Source: Taibaiella sp. (GTDB lineage: Bacteria > Bacteroidota > Bacteroidia > Chitinophagales > Chitinophagaceae). Taken from it: a DNA stretch of 64,000 bases. Below, piece after piece: positions 29,639 to 39,800 of the stretch. The stretch's first letter is position 1. Every line of letters starts with the position of its first letter. The notes under the pieces are model-generated. The model worked only from the letters and a program-made list of their open reading frames with translations. It ran no database searches and had not been told where the DNA came from. The position numbers and the translations under genes are program-made. The stretch lies in NCBI GenBank assembly GCA_016786705.1, contig JAEUVV010000002.1, forward strand, positions 50,106 through 114,105. Reading direction: 5' to 3'.

Positions 29639-30541
29639 TTGTCAACTAATACTACTGCTGTAAATTCGCTAAGAATAAAACTACTTCCTTCATTCTTAGA
29701 AAACCTGATCGCATCAAAAACAGGCAAGTATTTATTTTATCTTTTTAATATTTTCATGATGGAAAAAAGAGTGTTTATTGTTACCGGTGCAGCGGTAGGA
29801 TTGGGCTTTGCCACTGCAAATCAACTGGCCTCCACAGGTGCGGAATTAACCCTGGTGGATTATGATGCAGCCGCGTTAAAACTTGCAAAAAAAACGATCG
29901 GTGAAAAATACCCGGATATCGCAATCGTTACGGTAGTAGGGGATGTTTCAAAAGAAGAAACGGCGAAGAATTATGTAGCGGAAACAATGAAGGTATTCGG
30001 CCGCATCGACGGTTTGTACAACAATGCCGGCATTGAAGGCCGCCAGGCTCCTCTAGTGGAATACAACCTGGAGATTTTTGAAAAAGTTATCGATATCAAT
30101 TTAATGGGCGTTTACTTTGGTATGCGCCACGTCATCCCGGTGATGCAGGATCAGCAATACGGACGTATCGTTAATGTAGCTTCTGTAGGCGGCATCCGTG
30201 GTGTCGTTAACCAAACCGCCTATGTAGCCTCTAAGCATGCAGTTGTAGGCATGACCAAAAATGCAGCGATTGAATATGCAAAAGACAACATTCTGACGAA
30301 TGCGATTGCACCAGGCGCGATCCTGACACCTATGGTCGAAGAGGCTTTCAAACAAGTCAACCCGGAAGATCCAAAAGCTGCGGAAGCTACTTATGCCAGC
30401 CGCAACCCTACAAGAAGACTGGGCGTTCCTGAAGATGTAGCAAAAGTAGTGTCGTTTCTGCTAAGCGAAGACAATGGTTATGTAAACGGACAGACGATTG
30501 CCATTGATGGTGGTGAGTCTGAGTTATATGGCAATGCCTAA
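29639..30541 (-). CDS. Short-chain dehydrogenase/reductase
   Basis: TGAAVGLG, NNAGIEG, YVASKHAV, NAIAPG; real start likely MMEKRV at 30424 on the minus strand. Confidence 0.93.
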
Positions 30542-30608
30542 ATGATAAAGCCTTTAACGTTCCAAAGGAATTAATACCGGAATCAGGCAATCAAATCATT
30601 TCAAAATA

Positions 30609-30643
30609 AAAGCCCCCGCAAAGTGACACTTTACGGGGGCTTT
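30609..30643. terminator. Intrinsic terminator downstream of the 30701-34688 operon
   Basis: aaagcccccg...cgggggcttt hairpin. Confidence 0.8.
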
Positions 30644-30700
30644 CGAATAATGGCTTAATTTACGTTTAAAGTAAACTGCAATAATGATCGACCGCGGGTT

Positions 30701-31630
30701 CTAATTTGTGATCTTCTTGAATTGGATTACTCCTTTGTCACCATTGGCTAACTGGTAACGCATAAAGTAAGTACCGTCCGAAAGGGTTGACACATCCACT
30801 GCGATCTTATTCTGCCCATTGACCAGCTTTTGATTCAACTTTAAGCGCTCTATACCGGAAACTACATTAAACACACTGATGTCCATAGTTCCACCAGGCT
30901 CATCTTGATACAATTCCAAGAAGATAAACCTGCTGGCCGGGTTAGGATACCAGACTACAGCATTCTCTTTTTTATAAATCAGCATCCTTACCGGGCTATA
31001 CATCATACTGCCATCTTCATCCATAATCTTCAGCCGATAAAAATTATATCCTTTAGCCAGTCTTTCATCTATATACCTGTAGTTTTGCTTACCTGCCCCC
31101 GCAGTCGCATGTATAGTACCCAGGTAATGGAATGTTCGTCCATCATAAGACCGTTCAACTTCGTAGCGTACCTTTGTCTGCGTACTACCGGTTGCGGTCC
31201 ATTCAAGCAATGCAGCGTCCTGCTGATACAAACGTACTGTAAAATCCAGCAGATCCAAAGGAAGCGGCGCTCCATTACAATCAAACTGAACAAGCGTATC
31301 TGTGTAACAGGTGTTATTACTCACACGGAATACTGCTGAAGTGATCCCAGCCACACCGGAAAAAGTACCTGTCGTATTATCCGCTACAGGCGCGATTGCA
31401 GGTGTTGTGTTTACTATAGAATATACGTAGCCTGCGTTATGATTAGACACATGAACTTGTATTGGTATACCACTCGTACAGTTATAGCTTACCGAATCTA
31501 TTACAGGAAGCGCATTAACCTGGACCTGGGTAGTCGACAGCACCTGTGCACCGGCCTGCTGCGGGAGCATGAGTATCCCGCAACAAGCTATGCTGTACAC
31601 ATAAATAACAATAAACCTGAAACAATACAT
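30701..31630 (-). CDS. Small T9SS cargo (putative anchor subunit): N-terminal strand, one Ig-like module, PLPLDLL junction, type A CTD
   Basis: Signal AGA|Q; mature QVLSTTQVQVNALP; WYPNPA...LSDGTYF...QFKKITN. Confidence 0.85.
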   Translation of the reverse strand: MYCFRFIVIYVYSIACCGILMLPQQAGAQVLSTTQVQVNALPVIDSVSYNCTSGIPIQVHVSNHNAGYVYSIVNTTPAIAPVADNTTGTFSGVAGITSAVFRVSNNTCYTDTLVQFDCNGAPLPLDLLDFTVRLYQQDAALLEWTATGSTQTKVRYEVERSYDGRTFHYLGTIHATAGAGKQNYRYIDERLAKGYNFYRLKIMDEDGSMMYSPVRMLIYKKENAVVWYPNPASRFIFLELYQDEPGGTMDISVFNVVSGIERLKLNQKLVNGQNKIAVDVSTLSDGTYFMRYQLANGDKGVIQFKKITN

Positions 31631-31670
31631 CCTGATTCTTTTTTTCTACTTGAGTATTAAAAAAGCTACT

Positions 31671-32945
31671 CTAAGGGGTCACCGGATTGCTACATCCATT
31701 TGCGTCCGTTATTTTCATCAGGTTATACGTATTGGTCGCGTTAGGTGTAATCATTGAAGATGGTATCGTAACAGTACCACCATTCGCTACATTAGAATAA
31801 GTCTGGGTACCGCTTACACCACTTTTCTCAATTTCAAGGCTAAAGTTTCCTGTACCACAGGTTGCATTGAAGGATAATTGTACTGCTGAGCCTTCACAAA
31901 GCTCCGGAGCAAGCGCCGCGATAGAGCCATTAGGTTTAGGACGTACCGTTACGGTAAAGGACTGTGGCGTACCCGCACAGGCTACTGCATTGTTAGTAAA
32001 TGTTGGTGTTACTGCTATCGTAGCCACTTCATTGGTACAAGAAGGCGTGTTATCGTTGGCAGCAGTGAAGGCAGCTATATTGCCGGTACCGCTCGCTGCA
32101 ATACCTACAGCAGTATTGGTATTGGTCCAGTCATAGGTAACACCACCTGTGCTCGTACTGGAGAAGCTGATCTCGGGCACTGAATTGCCTTCACATTTCG
32201 TAATATCACTTAAAGTGCCTGCAAATGCCGGAGTAGGATTAACCGTGATCGTATAGGTCACTGCCGTACCGGTACAACCTTCATATACCGGGGTAATAGA
32301 AATTGTAGCAGTCACCGGAGCGGTACCCGTATTGCCGGCGGTGAAGCCGGGTACCTGAGACACATTAGTAACATCGGCTAAACCTATACCGGCACCTCCG
32401 CTGATGTTAAAGGTCACACCAGGCGTTACGCCGGTAGGTGTACTACTCACACTTGTTGCCGGAACAGCCTGACTGTTACATACGGTCATATTAGCCGGTG
32501 CAGTAGCGGTAGGTATTGGATTAATCGTTACTGTAACCGGTAGGGCGTTCGTTGTATAGTTACAATAACCACCTTCGGCCCTTACATAGTATGTTTTCGT
32601 GATCGGCTGTGTGCCGGTATTAGCAGGGCTGACGGTAAGGCTTGCACCGTTTCCTATAGAAGTGCTGCCTGTTGTAGGCGCTGCATCAGCGTACCACACC
32701 CATTGAGCGGCCGGGGTTCCGGAGCCCAGATGTCCGTTTGAAATAGACAAGGTAGTACTTCCACCGGTACAAAAACTGGTATTGGAAGCGGATACAGTAG
32801 CTCCCGATATAGAGGAGCTATCGTTGACAACAACGCTTGTTGAACTGATCTGGGCGAGGGTCTTCTGGCTCCCCAGGAAAGTAATGCCTACGGCACCGCA
32901 AAGTGCCCATAACATTACACGCATAGTGTAATTGATTCTTTTCAT
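31671..32945 (-). CDS. Secreted Ig/PKD-like repeat protein without CTD (putative shaft subunit)
   Basis: Signal TLA|Q; mature QISSTSVVVN; repeats ending TVTINPIP, TITVNPTP, TVTVRPKP; ends KITDANGCSNPVTP*. Confidence 0.8.
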   Translation of the reverse strand: MKRINYTMRVMLWALCGAVGITFLGSQKTLAQISSTSVVVNDSSSISGATVSASNTSFCTGGSTTLSISNGHLGSGTPAAQWVWYADAAPTTGSTSIGNGASLTVSPANTGTQPITKTYYVRAEGGYCNYTTNALPVTVTINPIPTATAPANMTVCNSQAVPATSVSSTPTGVTPGVTFNISGGAGIGLADVTNVSQVPGFTAGNTGTAPVTATISITPVYEGCTGTAVTYTITVNPTPAFAGTLSDITKCEGNSVPEISFSSTSTGGVTYDWTNTNTAVGIAASGTGNIAAFTAANDNTPSCTNEVATIAVTPTFTNNAVACAGTPQSFTVTVRPKPNGSIAALAPELCEGSAVQLSFNATCGTGNFSLEIEKSGVSGTQTYSNVANGGTVTIPSSMITPNATNTYNLMKITDANGCSNPVTP

Positions 32946-32996
32946 TTTTTCCTACTTGTTTAAAATGGATAATTAATTTTTATTTCATAAGGTCTG

Positions 32997-34688
32997 TTAA
33001 GGTGATTGCTTGACGCAACCATTATTATCGGTAATCTTGGTCAGGTTGAAAGTAGTAGTTATAGCGACGTTACCCACCGCTGTAAAGGGGGTACCGCTCG
33101 TAATATTTGTATAGGTAGTTCCATTAATAATCAAACTAAAAGGCCCGGCGCCTGATGTTGCGGTAAAAATGAGCTGCACGGCATTGCCCTCGCATACGGG
33201 ACTGGCTGCTGCGCTGATTGTACCATCTGGCAAAGCGTTGACCACGACAGTAGCGGTAGCGGACATGGTATTATTACAGACCGGTGCCGATTGAAAAGCC
33301 ACACTCTGAACGACATAGGCGAAGTTACCCGCCGTACCGGTAGGGACAGCCAGGGTCGCATTACCGGATGCCGGTACATTAATCGTTTGGTTAGCCCCGC
33401 CATTGAGTTTATAGGTCACAGTAACCGGCAGCGATGCCGGATTGCTAAAAGTAATGCTGGGGGAAGGTGCATTCATACAAACAGTAGTCCCGCCACTTAA
33501 AGTAACAGAAGGTACAGGTCTTATGACCACTTTAACCACGTTGCTTTCGTCGGTCAGTGTTGTGGCAGAAGGCATACCGCTATTTGTGCGGGTGACACTT
33601 AATACTCTGCGGTAAAAATAAGTACCTGCAGCCGTAACGGTGGGAGTATAAGAAATGCCGTTTGCGCCGCTTACATTAGTAAAATTAACACTGTCGGATG
33701 AAAGTTGCCATTGGTAGCTCACCGTAAATCCTGCAGTTGAAGCTATCGGGGCATCTGTGAACGCATTGTTCCCGCTCAGCTGTGCGATCGTACCTCCACT
33801 ACAGATCGTCTGGTCTGCAGCTATAGTATTAGGTACTTTTGCCAGGTTCTGGAAGCTCAGCCGGTTTCCTCCTGCAGATTCATAATACTCCAGCAATAAA
33901 TTAGAATTTCCACTAAGCTTAAAAAATTGTTTAGGATAATTAGTATAGCCTTGCTCTACCCACCTGTTAAACACCAGCACGTTATCAACCGTTAGCCGCA
34001 CCCCGTCATCGGCCCCCATATCGGCAAGATAAATGCCCTTGGGTTTGGTACTGTTCATCCTGAGCCGGGTAGCAAAATATTCTGTGTACAAGCGTGCTCT
34101 TAATGTATTATTCGAATACATATCAACACATGCCGCATCGCCGTCAAAGCCATAGTCAAATGACTCCGGTTGCGGTGTGACTGCCAGACCTATATACCGG
34201 TTAAATCCATTGGTCTCATTAGGAGCAGAAGCAGAACCATCTAAGCGTTTGTAGTAGTGAACCTGCCATTGATTGGCACCCGCAGCCAGGGCATTATCTT
34301 CGGTATTACTGCCCCCGGAAAAGGTATGAGTGATCGTTGTGGAGCCACTACCGAAAGTTCTGCAATTGTACACTCTAACTTGCCCGGAAATTGCCGCAGT
34401 AAATGTTATCGAATTGCCTGTACTGCTGTGTAAAGTAGCACTTCCGTTAATTACAGTAATCCCATTTACAGAATTGCTGACTGTATATTGAAGGCCTTTT
34501 ATTACATTCAATAACGTATAATTGCCGAAGCCGACACCTGAAATAGTGGGATTGACACCATTACCAATGCAAATATAAACTGGTGCCCCTACACTGGAAC
34601 CTCCGCTACACTGAGCATAGCCCTTTGAAGAAAAAACAAACAGACCTAAATGGACAAAAGCCCATAAGGATACTTTAAAAATTTTCAT
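32997..34688 (-). CDS. Secreted PA14-like plus Ig-repeat protein without CTD (putative tip adhesin)
   Basis: Signal GYA|Q; ADDGVRLTVD...LEYYESAGG PA14-like motif; ends KITDNNGCVKQSP*. Confidence 0.8.
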   Translation of the reverse strand: MKIFKVSLWAFVHLGLFVFSSKGYAQCSGGSSVGAPVYICIGNGVNPTISGVGFGNYTLLNVIKGLQYTVSNSVNGITVINGSATLHSSTGNSITFTAAISGQVRVYNCRTFGSGSTTITHTFSGGSNTEDNALAAGANQWQVHYYKRLDGSASAPNETNGFNRYIGLAVTPQPESFDYGFDGDAACVDMYSNNTLRARLYTEYFATRLRMNSTKPKGIYLADMGADDGVRLTVDNVLVFNRWVEQGYTNYPKQFFKLSGNSNLLLEYYESAGGNRLSFQNLAKVPNTIAADQTICSGGTIAQLSGNNAFTDAPIASTAGFTVSYQWQLSSDSVNFTNVSGANGISYTPTVTAAGTYFYRRVLSVTRTNSGMPSATTLTDESNVVKVVIRPVPSVTLSGGTTVCMNAPSPSITFSNPASLPVTVTYKLNGGANQTINVPASGNATLAVPTGTAGNFAYVVQSVAFQSAPVCNNTMSATATVVVNALPDGTISAAASPVCEGNAVQLIFTATSGAGPFSLIINGTTYTNITSGTPFTAVGNVAITTTFNLTKITDNNGCVKQSP

Positions 34689-34745
34689 TTTTAGGTAGTT
34701 ATACTTCTTTCAGAGGGTAGTGCTAACTGTAGTAACAGTTAAGCG

Positions 34746-34753
34746 CAAAGGTA
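34746..34753 (-). promoter_or_regulatory. -7 element for the 34688 operon
   Basis: TACCTTTG on the minus strand about 58 nt upstream of the start. Confidence 0.55.
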
Positions 34754-34903
34754 TATTTATTATTTACATAACTACAACACTATTTAAATATAATTATTAA
34801 AACTATATAAAATAATTATAAATAGAAACACTAAACCGCATTGTCTCCTACATTAATTTTTATTAAAATTTCACAGGTCTGCAAACAGGCTGGCATTTAT
34901 GCT

Positions 34904-35599
34904 CTAGAACAAATAACCGACCCGGACACTTAATGGAAAATTGACATTCCAGGAACGGCCTTCCCGGTTAAAAGCCGTCGGGAAATTAAAATGCGGCACC
35001 GGGGCAAATCCATCTTGTGGATTGATCCGCCCTGAATGTGTCGCATTACGGTATTGTAGCCCTATACCGCCGTAAAAATCTACTATAATGCGCTTAAAAC
35101 TGGTATAGTAGCCGAATTTAAAATTCAGGCAAAAGTTGTTTTTGGTAAGCTCAAAAGTATCCTTGTAATGTTGCAGTTCAGATAATTCAAAATTCATTGC
35201 CGCTCTGTTCCGGCTGTACATATAATCCACTTCCCCGGCAACATAAGTCCCTTTATGCCCCAGCTTACGCAGGTAATATTTTTGCTCTGCTGCTATTTTA
35301 AAGCCCTTTTTGTCCGGGTCAACTGTCGTTTCAAAAATGTTTAAAGGAGGGCGCGGGAGTAAATAAGTCCCTGCAAGCTGTGTACTCCATCTGCTTTTAT
35401 ACATACGTTCATAGCTCAGCTCTACCCCGGGATTTACCCAACCTATTAACTTAAGGGGTGTAAATTTTAGCTGGTTAAAATAACCTTTGACGCCGGGATG
35501 CTGAAACGCCAGTTCCTTATAACTCTGGCCTGCAGCCCATGTATGGCACACAATTAACAGCCAGAAGCTGCCAGCCAGTTTTCCAAGTATAGATCTCAT
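34904..35599 (-). CDS. DUF3575-like outer-membrane beta-barrel protein, paralog 1
   Basis: Signal peptide; NQLKFTPLKL, ELSYER; ends SVRVGYLF. Confidence 0.75.
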   Translation of the reverse strand: MRSILGKLAGSFWLLIVCHTWAAGQSYKELAFQHPGVKGYFNQLKFTPLKLIGWVNPGVELSYERMYKSRWSTQLAGTYLLPRPPLNIFETTVDPDKKGFKIAAEQKYYLRKLGHKGTYVAGEVDYMYSRNRAAMNFELSELQHYKDTFELTKNNFCLNFKFGYYTSFKRIIVDFYGGIGLQYRNATHSGRINPQDGFAPVPHFNFPTAFNREGRSWNVNFPLSVRVGYLF

Positions 35600-35627
35600 G
35601 TAAAGGGTTTTATTGGTATTAACCTTG

Positions 35628-35655
35628 TAGACGTGAAAAAACCTCCTTAAACTTA
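35628..35655 (-). promoter_or_regulatory. Putative ECF promoter TAAGT-N17-CGTCTA
   Basis: About 28 nt upstream of 35599. Confidence 0.45.
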
Positions 35656-35739
35656 GCCATACAGAATTGTTATCAAATTATTGATAGTTTTAAACACCGC
35701 TGTAAACAACATGCTTATGGCCATACTAAAATTTATTTA

Positions 35740-36450
35740 CTAAAACAGGTAACCGATCCGCATTGTTAATGGGAAATAGGGCTCCCAGGAACGCCCATCA
35801 CGATTATAAATAGGTGCTAATGTGAAATGTGGAAACGGCCCTGCAAATTGGTCCTGTGGATGGATACGCCCTGACTGTTGTGCATTGCGATATTGTGCTC
35901 CCAATCCCCCGGAAAAGCTAACCATTATTCTCTTTAAAGTGAAGTAATAGCCACATTTAAGACTAAAATAAAGGTTGTTCTTAGTAATTTCAAAAGTATC
36001 CCTGTAAGGACGGGCCAGGGTGATTGATTCAAAGCTCATTGCAGTTGTATTACGGCTATATAAATAGGCGACCTCTGCGGCCACATAGAAGCCCTTGCGC
36101 GCCATTTTATGCACATAAAATTTTTCTTCCGCAGCTATTTTAAAGCCGCTTTTATCCCCGTATGGCGCCGGCGGCCGCTTTTCTAATAAAGTGTATGGCA
36201 ATAAATAGGTTGCTGTCAACTGGCTGCTCCACCTGCTTTTATCCATACGTTCATAACCGAGCTCTATCCCGGGGTTGAGCCAGCCCAATAATTTAAGCGG
36301 TGCAAACTGTAATTGATTAAGATAACCTTTCAATCTAAACGAGGTATCGCCAGCTACAGCAGGATCATTATTAGTTTGGGCAAAAGCTGCAGTAGGGAGC
36401 AACAAAAGGAAACAAAAACTATTGATCAGCCTGAACCGGGTAGCTTTCAT
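35740..36450 (-). CDS. DUF3575-like outer-membrane beta-barrel protein, paralog 2
   Basis: Close paralog of 34904..35599; ends TMRIGYLF. Confidence 0.75.
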   Translation of the reverse strand: MKATRFRLINSFCFLLLLPTAAFAQTNNDPAVAGDTSFRLKGYLNQLQFAPLKLLGWLNPGIELGYERMDKSRWSSQLTATYLLPYTLLEKRPPAPYGDKSGFKIAAEEKFYVHKMARKGFYVAAEVAYLYSRNTTAMSFESITLARPYRDTFEITKNNLYFSLKCGYYFTLKRIMVSFSGGLGAQYRNAQQSGRIHPQDQFAGPFPHFTLAPIYNRDGRSWEPYFPLTMRIGYLF

Positions 36451-36474
36451 AAGTGATTTAGCTTTACATTCAGG

Positions 36475-36501
36475 TAGACGTATAGAAACGCTTAAACCTT
36501 A
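36475..36501 (-). promoter_or_regulatory. Putative ECF promoter TAAGG-N16-CGTCTA
   Basis: About 24 nt upstream of 36450. Confidence 0.45.
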
Positions 36502-36531
36502 TAAGACCAGCGGAACATACCGCTTAAAGCA

Positions 36532-36559
36532 AAAGAGCAGGACATATATCCTGCTCTTT
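36532..36559. terminator. Intrinsic terminator
   Basis: aaagagcagga-catata-tcctgctcttt. Confidence 0.8.
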
Positions 36560-36565
36560 CCGGCT

Positions 36566-36781
36566 CTATTTATGCAGCCAATCTTTCAATAGCCTCTGGA
36601 CCGTAGGGATCATGATATAAACCATTATCGGCACTAAAATGATCGTGAGGATCAGCGTACGCAGGGGCACAAATTCAATCTTACCTATATGCGGCCCTAT
36701 GAGCAGGGAAACAATAGTGATCAGGGGATAAATGGCCAGCCAGATCACTATGGCCATTTTCCATCTTTTGGGAGGTTTCAT
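36566..36781 (-). CDS. Small two-TM membrane protein
   Basis: PPKRWKMAIVIWLAIYPL resembles the membrane tail of some ABM-monooxygenase-fused proteins. Confidence 0.7.
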   Translation of the reverse strand: MKPPKRWKMAIVIWLAIYPLITIVSLLIGPHIGKIEFVPLRTLILTIILVPIMVYIMIPTVQRLLKDWLHK

Positions 36782-36840
36782 CTTATGTTATAAATATTTT
36801 TAAACTTGATAATTTTCAGAGGACATTCTTGCCCGCTTAT

Positions 36841-39800
36841 TTACAAAGCACCTTCAAGGAAAAAATGTACATCGTCCATACTGTGAATGTGATTCACCAC
36901 AAGTAAAAACACGGTACCCATCTGCTTCATTTTGGCCTGGTTGGTACCCGTCTGTATATAATTCATAATCTTATGAAAGGTCTCACTTTCATAATAGGGA
37001 GAATCCGGGTTATTGATGAAATACAAACGCATCACTTTGTTCTTGATGATCAGTTTCTCGAAGCCCAGGTCTTTTGCCATTTTACGGCAACGCACTACAG
37101 TAAACAGGTCCTTCACTTCCCGCGGTATCGGCCCGAAACGGTCTACCAGCATAGCTTCAAAGGACCGCAGCTCTTCTTCCGTTTCCAGGTTATCCAGCTG
37201 CGTGTATAAAGATAAACGTTCTGTGATACTGCCCACATAAGTATCGGGAATCAATATCTCGAGATCAGTGTCGATCGTACAGTCAGAAACATAATCTTTC
37301 TTACGCTCCATTTCTTCGGCAAATACTTCTTTGAAGTCGCTTTGCTTTAATTCCCGGATCGCTTCTGCCAATATCTTCTGGTACATCTCAAAACCTATGT
37401 CCGCTATAAAGCCGCTTTGCTCACCGCCCAGCAGGTTACCCGCTCCCCGGATATCCAGGTCGCGCATAGCGATCTGGAAGCCGCTGCCCAGCTCATTAAA
37501 CTCTTCCAGTATCTGTAAACGCCTGCGACTGTCATTTGGCAAAGTCAACAAAGATGGGGCGACCAGGTAACAGAATGCTTTCTTGTTACTACGCCCTACC
37601 CGGCCCCTTAACTGGTGCAGGTCGCTCAGGCCGAACTGGTGCGCGTTGTTGATAATAATGGTATTGGCATTACTGATATCCACACCCGACTCCACGATAT
37701 TGGTACAGCAGATCACATCATATTTATGCGCGATAAAGTCCATCAGCGTTTTCTCCAGCTTCGCACCTTCCATCTGGCCATGCGCTACAGCGATTTCCAG
37801 GTCAGGACACAGCGCTTTAATCTTCTCCGCCATAGACGGCAGGCTCTGCACGCGGTTATGGATAAAGTAAACCTGTCCGCCCCGCTCCGCTTCATAATAA
37901 ATGGCATCCCGGATAAAGTCTTCATCAAAACCGATGAGCTCGGTATGCACCGGCTGGCGGTTAGGCGGCGGAGTATTGATAATACTCAGGTCACGCGCCG
38001 CCATCAGCGAAAACTGCAGCGTACGCGGTATAGGTGTAGCCGTTAAGGTAAGCGTATCAACATTCAGTTTGCGCTCTCTTAATTTTTCTTTAGCGGCCAC
38101 CCCAAATTTCTGCTCTTCATCCACGATATATAAACCCAGGTCTTTAAATTTCACATCCTTACCCATTAGCGCATGTGTGCCTATAAGAATATCGATTTTA
38201 CCTTCCTCCAGTTTTTGTAAAGTTTCTTTTTTGTCCTTAGCCGATTTAAAACGGTTCAGGTAATCTACGTTCACCGGGAAGTCCTTCAGCCGCTCACTAA
38301 AGGTCTGGTAGTGCTGGTAAGCCAGGATGGTTGTCGGCACCATCACCGCCACCTGTTTACTATCGGTAACCGCTTTAAAAGCGGCACGTACGGCGACTTC
38401 GGTCTTGCCGAACCCAACATCTCCGCACACCAGGCGGTCCATAGGATTAGGCGATTCCATATCCCGTTTCACATCCGCCACAGCTTTAGACTGGTCCGGG
38501 GTATCTTCATAGAAGAAAGAAGCTTCCAGTTCCGTTTGCAGGTACGAGTCCGGGGTAAACATAAAACCTTCTGCCGCTTTGCGCTGCGCATAAAGCCGGA
38601 TCAGGTCGGCAGCGATGTCTTTCACCTGCCGCTTGGTCTTATCTTTTAAGCGGTTCCAGGTATCACTCCCCAGCTTATGCACCTTGGGCTCCGTACCTTC
38701 TTTGCCCGCATATTTAGAGATCTTATGCAGGGAGTTGATGCCTACATAAAGCACATCATTGTCTTTATAAATGATCCTTACCGCTTCCTGCTTAGCACCG
38801 TTCACATCAATGGTTTGCAGCCCACTGTACACGCCCACACCATAGTCTATATGGCTGACGAAATCGCCGGGCTGCAATTCCCGCAAAGACTTTATGGTAA
38901 TCGCTTTGCCTTTACTATAGGCCTGCTTGATCTTATATTTATAAAAGCGCTGGAAGATCTGGTGATCAGTATAGACCAGGACTTTTTTATCATGATCGAT
39001 AAAACCATTACTGATCGAAACCGGTACCGGTACAAAGCTGACGCTGGCATTGGTGTCTTCAAAGATCACCCTTAAACGTTCCAGCTGCTTCACGTTCTCG
39101 GCAAAAATATAAGCGGTATAATGCTGTTCTGCCCATTTTCTCAGATTGGCCGATAAGAGGTCAAAATTCCGGTTGAAGCTGGGCTGTGGCTCTGTATGAA
39201 AAGTAAGGCTCACATTTTCGCCACCTTCTTTTCCTTCTGTATTGGAAAACTGGATTTGGTGATAATCATTGATGCGCGCTTTCCAGGATTCCGCGGATTC
39301 AAAATCCGCTTCCGTCAACAGTTTAGGCTCCTCGTCCTCCTCTGCACGTTGTTCCAGTACCCCCTCATTGATAGCAAGTAGTTCTTGCAATTTGTCTTCA
39401 TAATGCGCCAGCTTGCCCAGGAAAATATCTTTATCCTTAAACCAGAAGACGGTATTCCCGGGCACAAAATCCAGCAGGGACACCTTTTCCGTAGCCTCAA
39501 AACGGGTTTCTATATTCGGCAGGATGGATACCTGCAGCAATTTCCGTTCCGACAATTGCGTTTCAGGATTAAAAATCCGGATACTATCTACTTCATTGCC
39601 AAAAAGCTCAATCCGGTAAGGATGCTCATTCCCGAAAGAGTAAATATCCAGGATTCCCCCGCGCATGGCGAATTGTCCCGGTTCATATACAAAATCCTCG
39701 TGCCGGAATCCCAGCTCAACCAGTCGCGTCAGTATCCCTTTTACATCGAGGTGATTATTGACCGCGATCTGGATCATATTTTTACTCAGGGTCTTGGCCT

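Noticed and set aside
30701-34688. Pseudogenised fragments of one giant adhesin
   Set aside because: Each piece has its own start and Q-ending signal peptide, both breaks fall at the same structural position, and the spacers (51 and 40 nt) are non-coding-like
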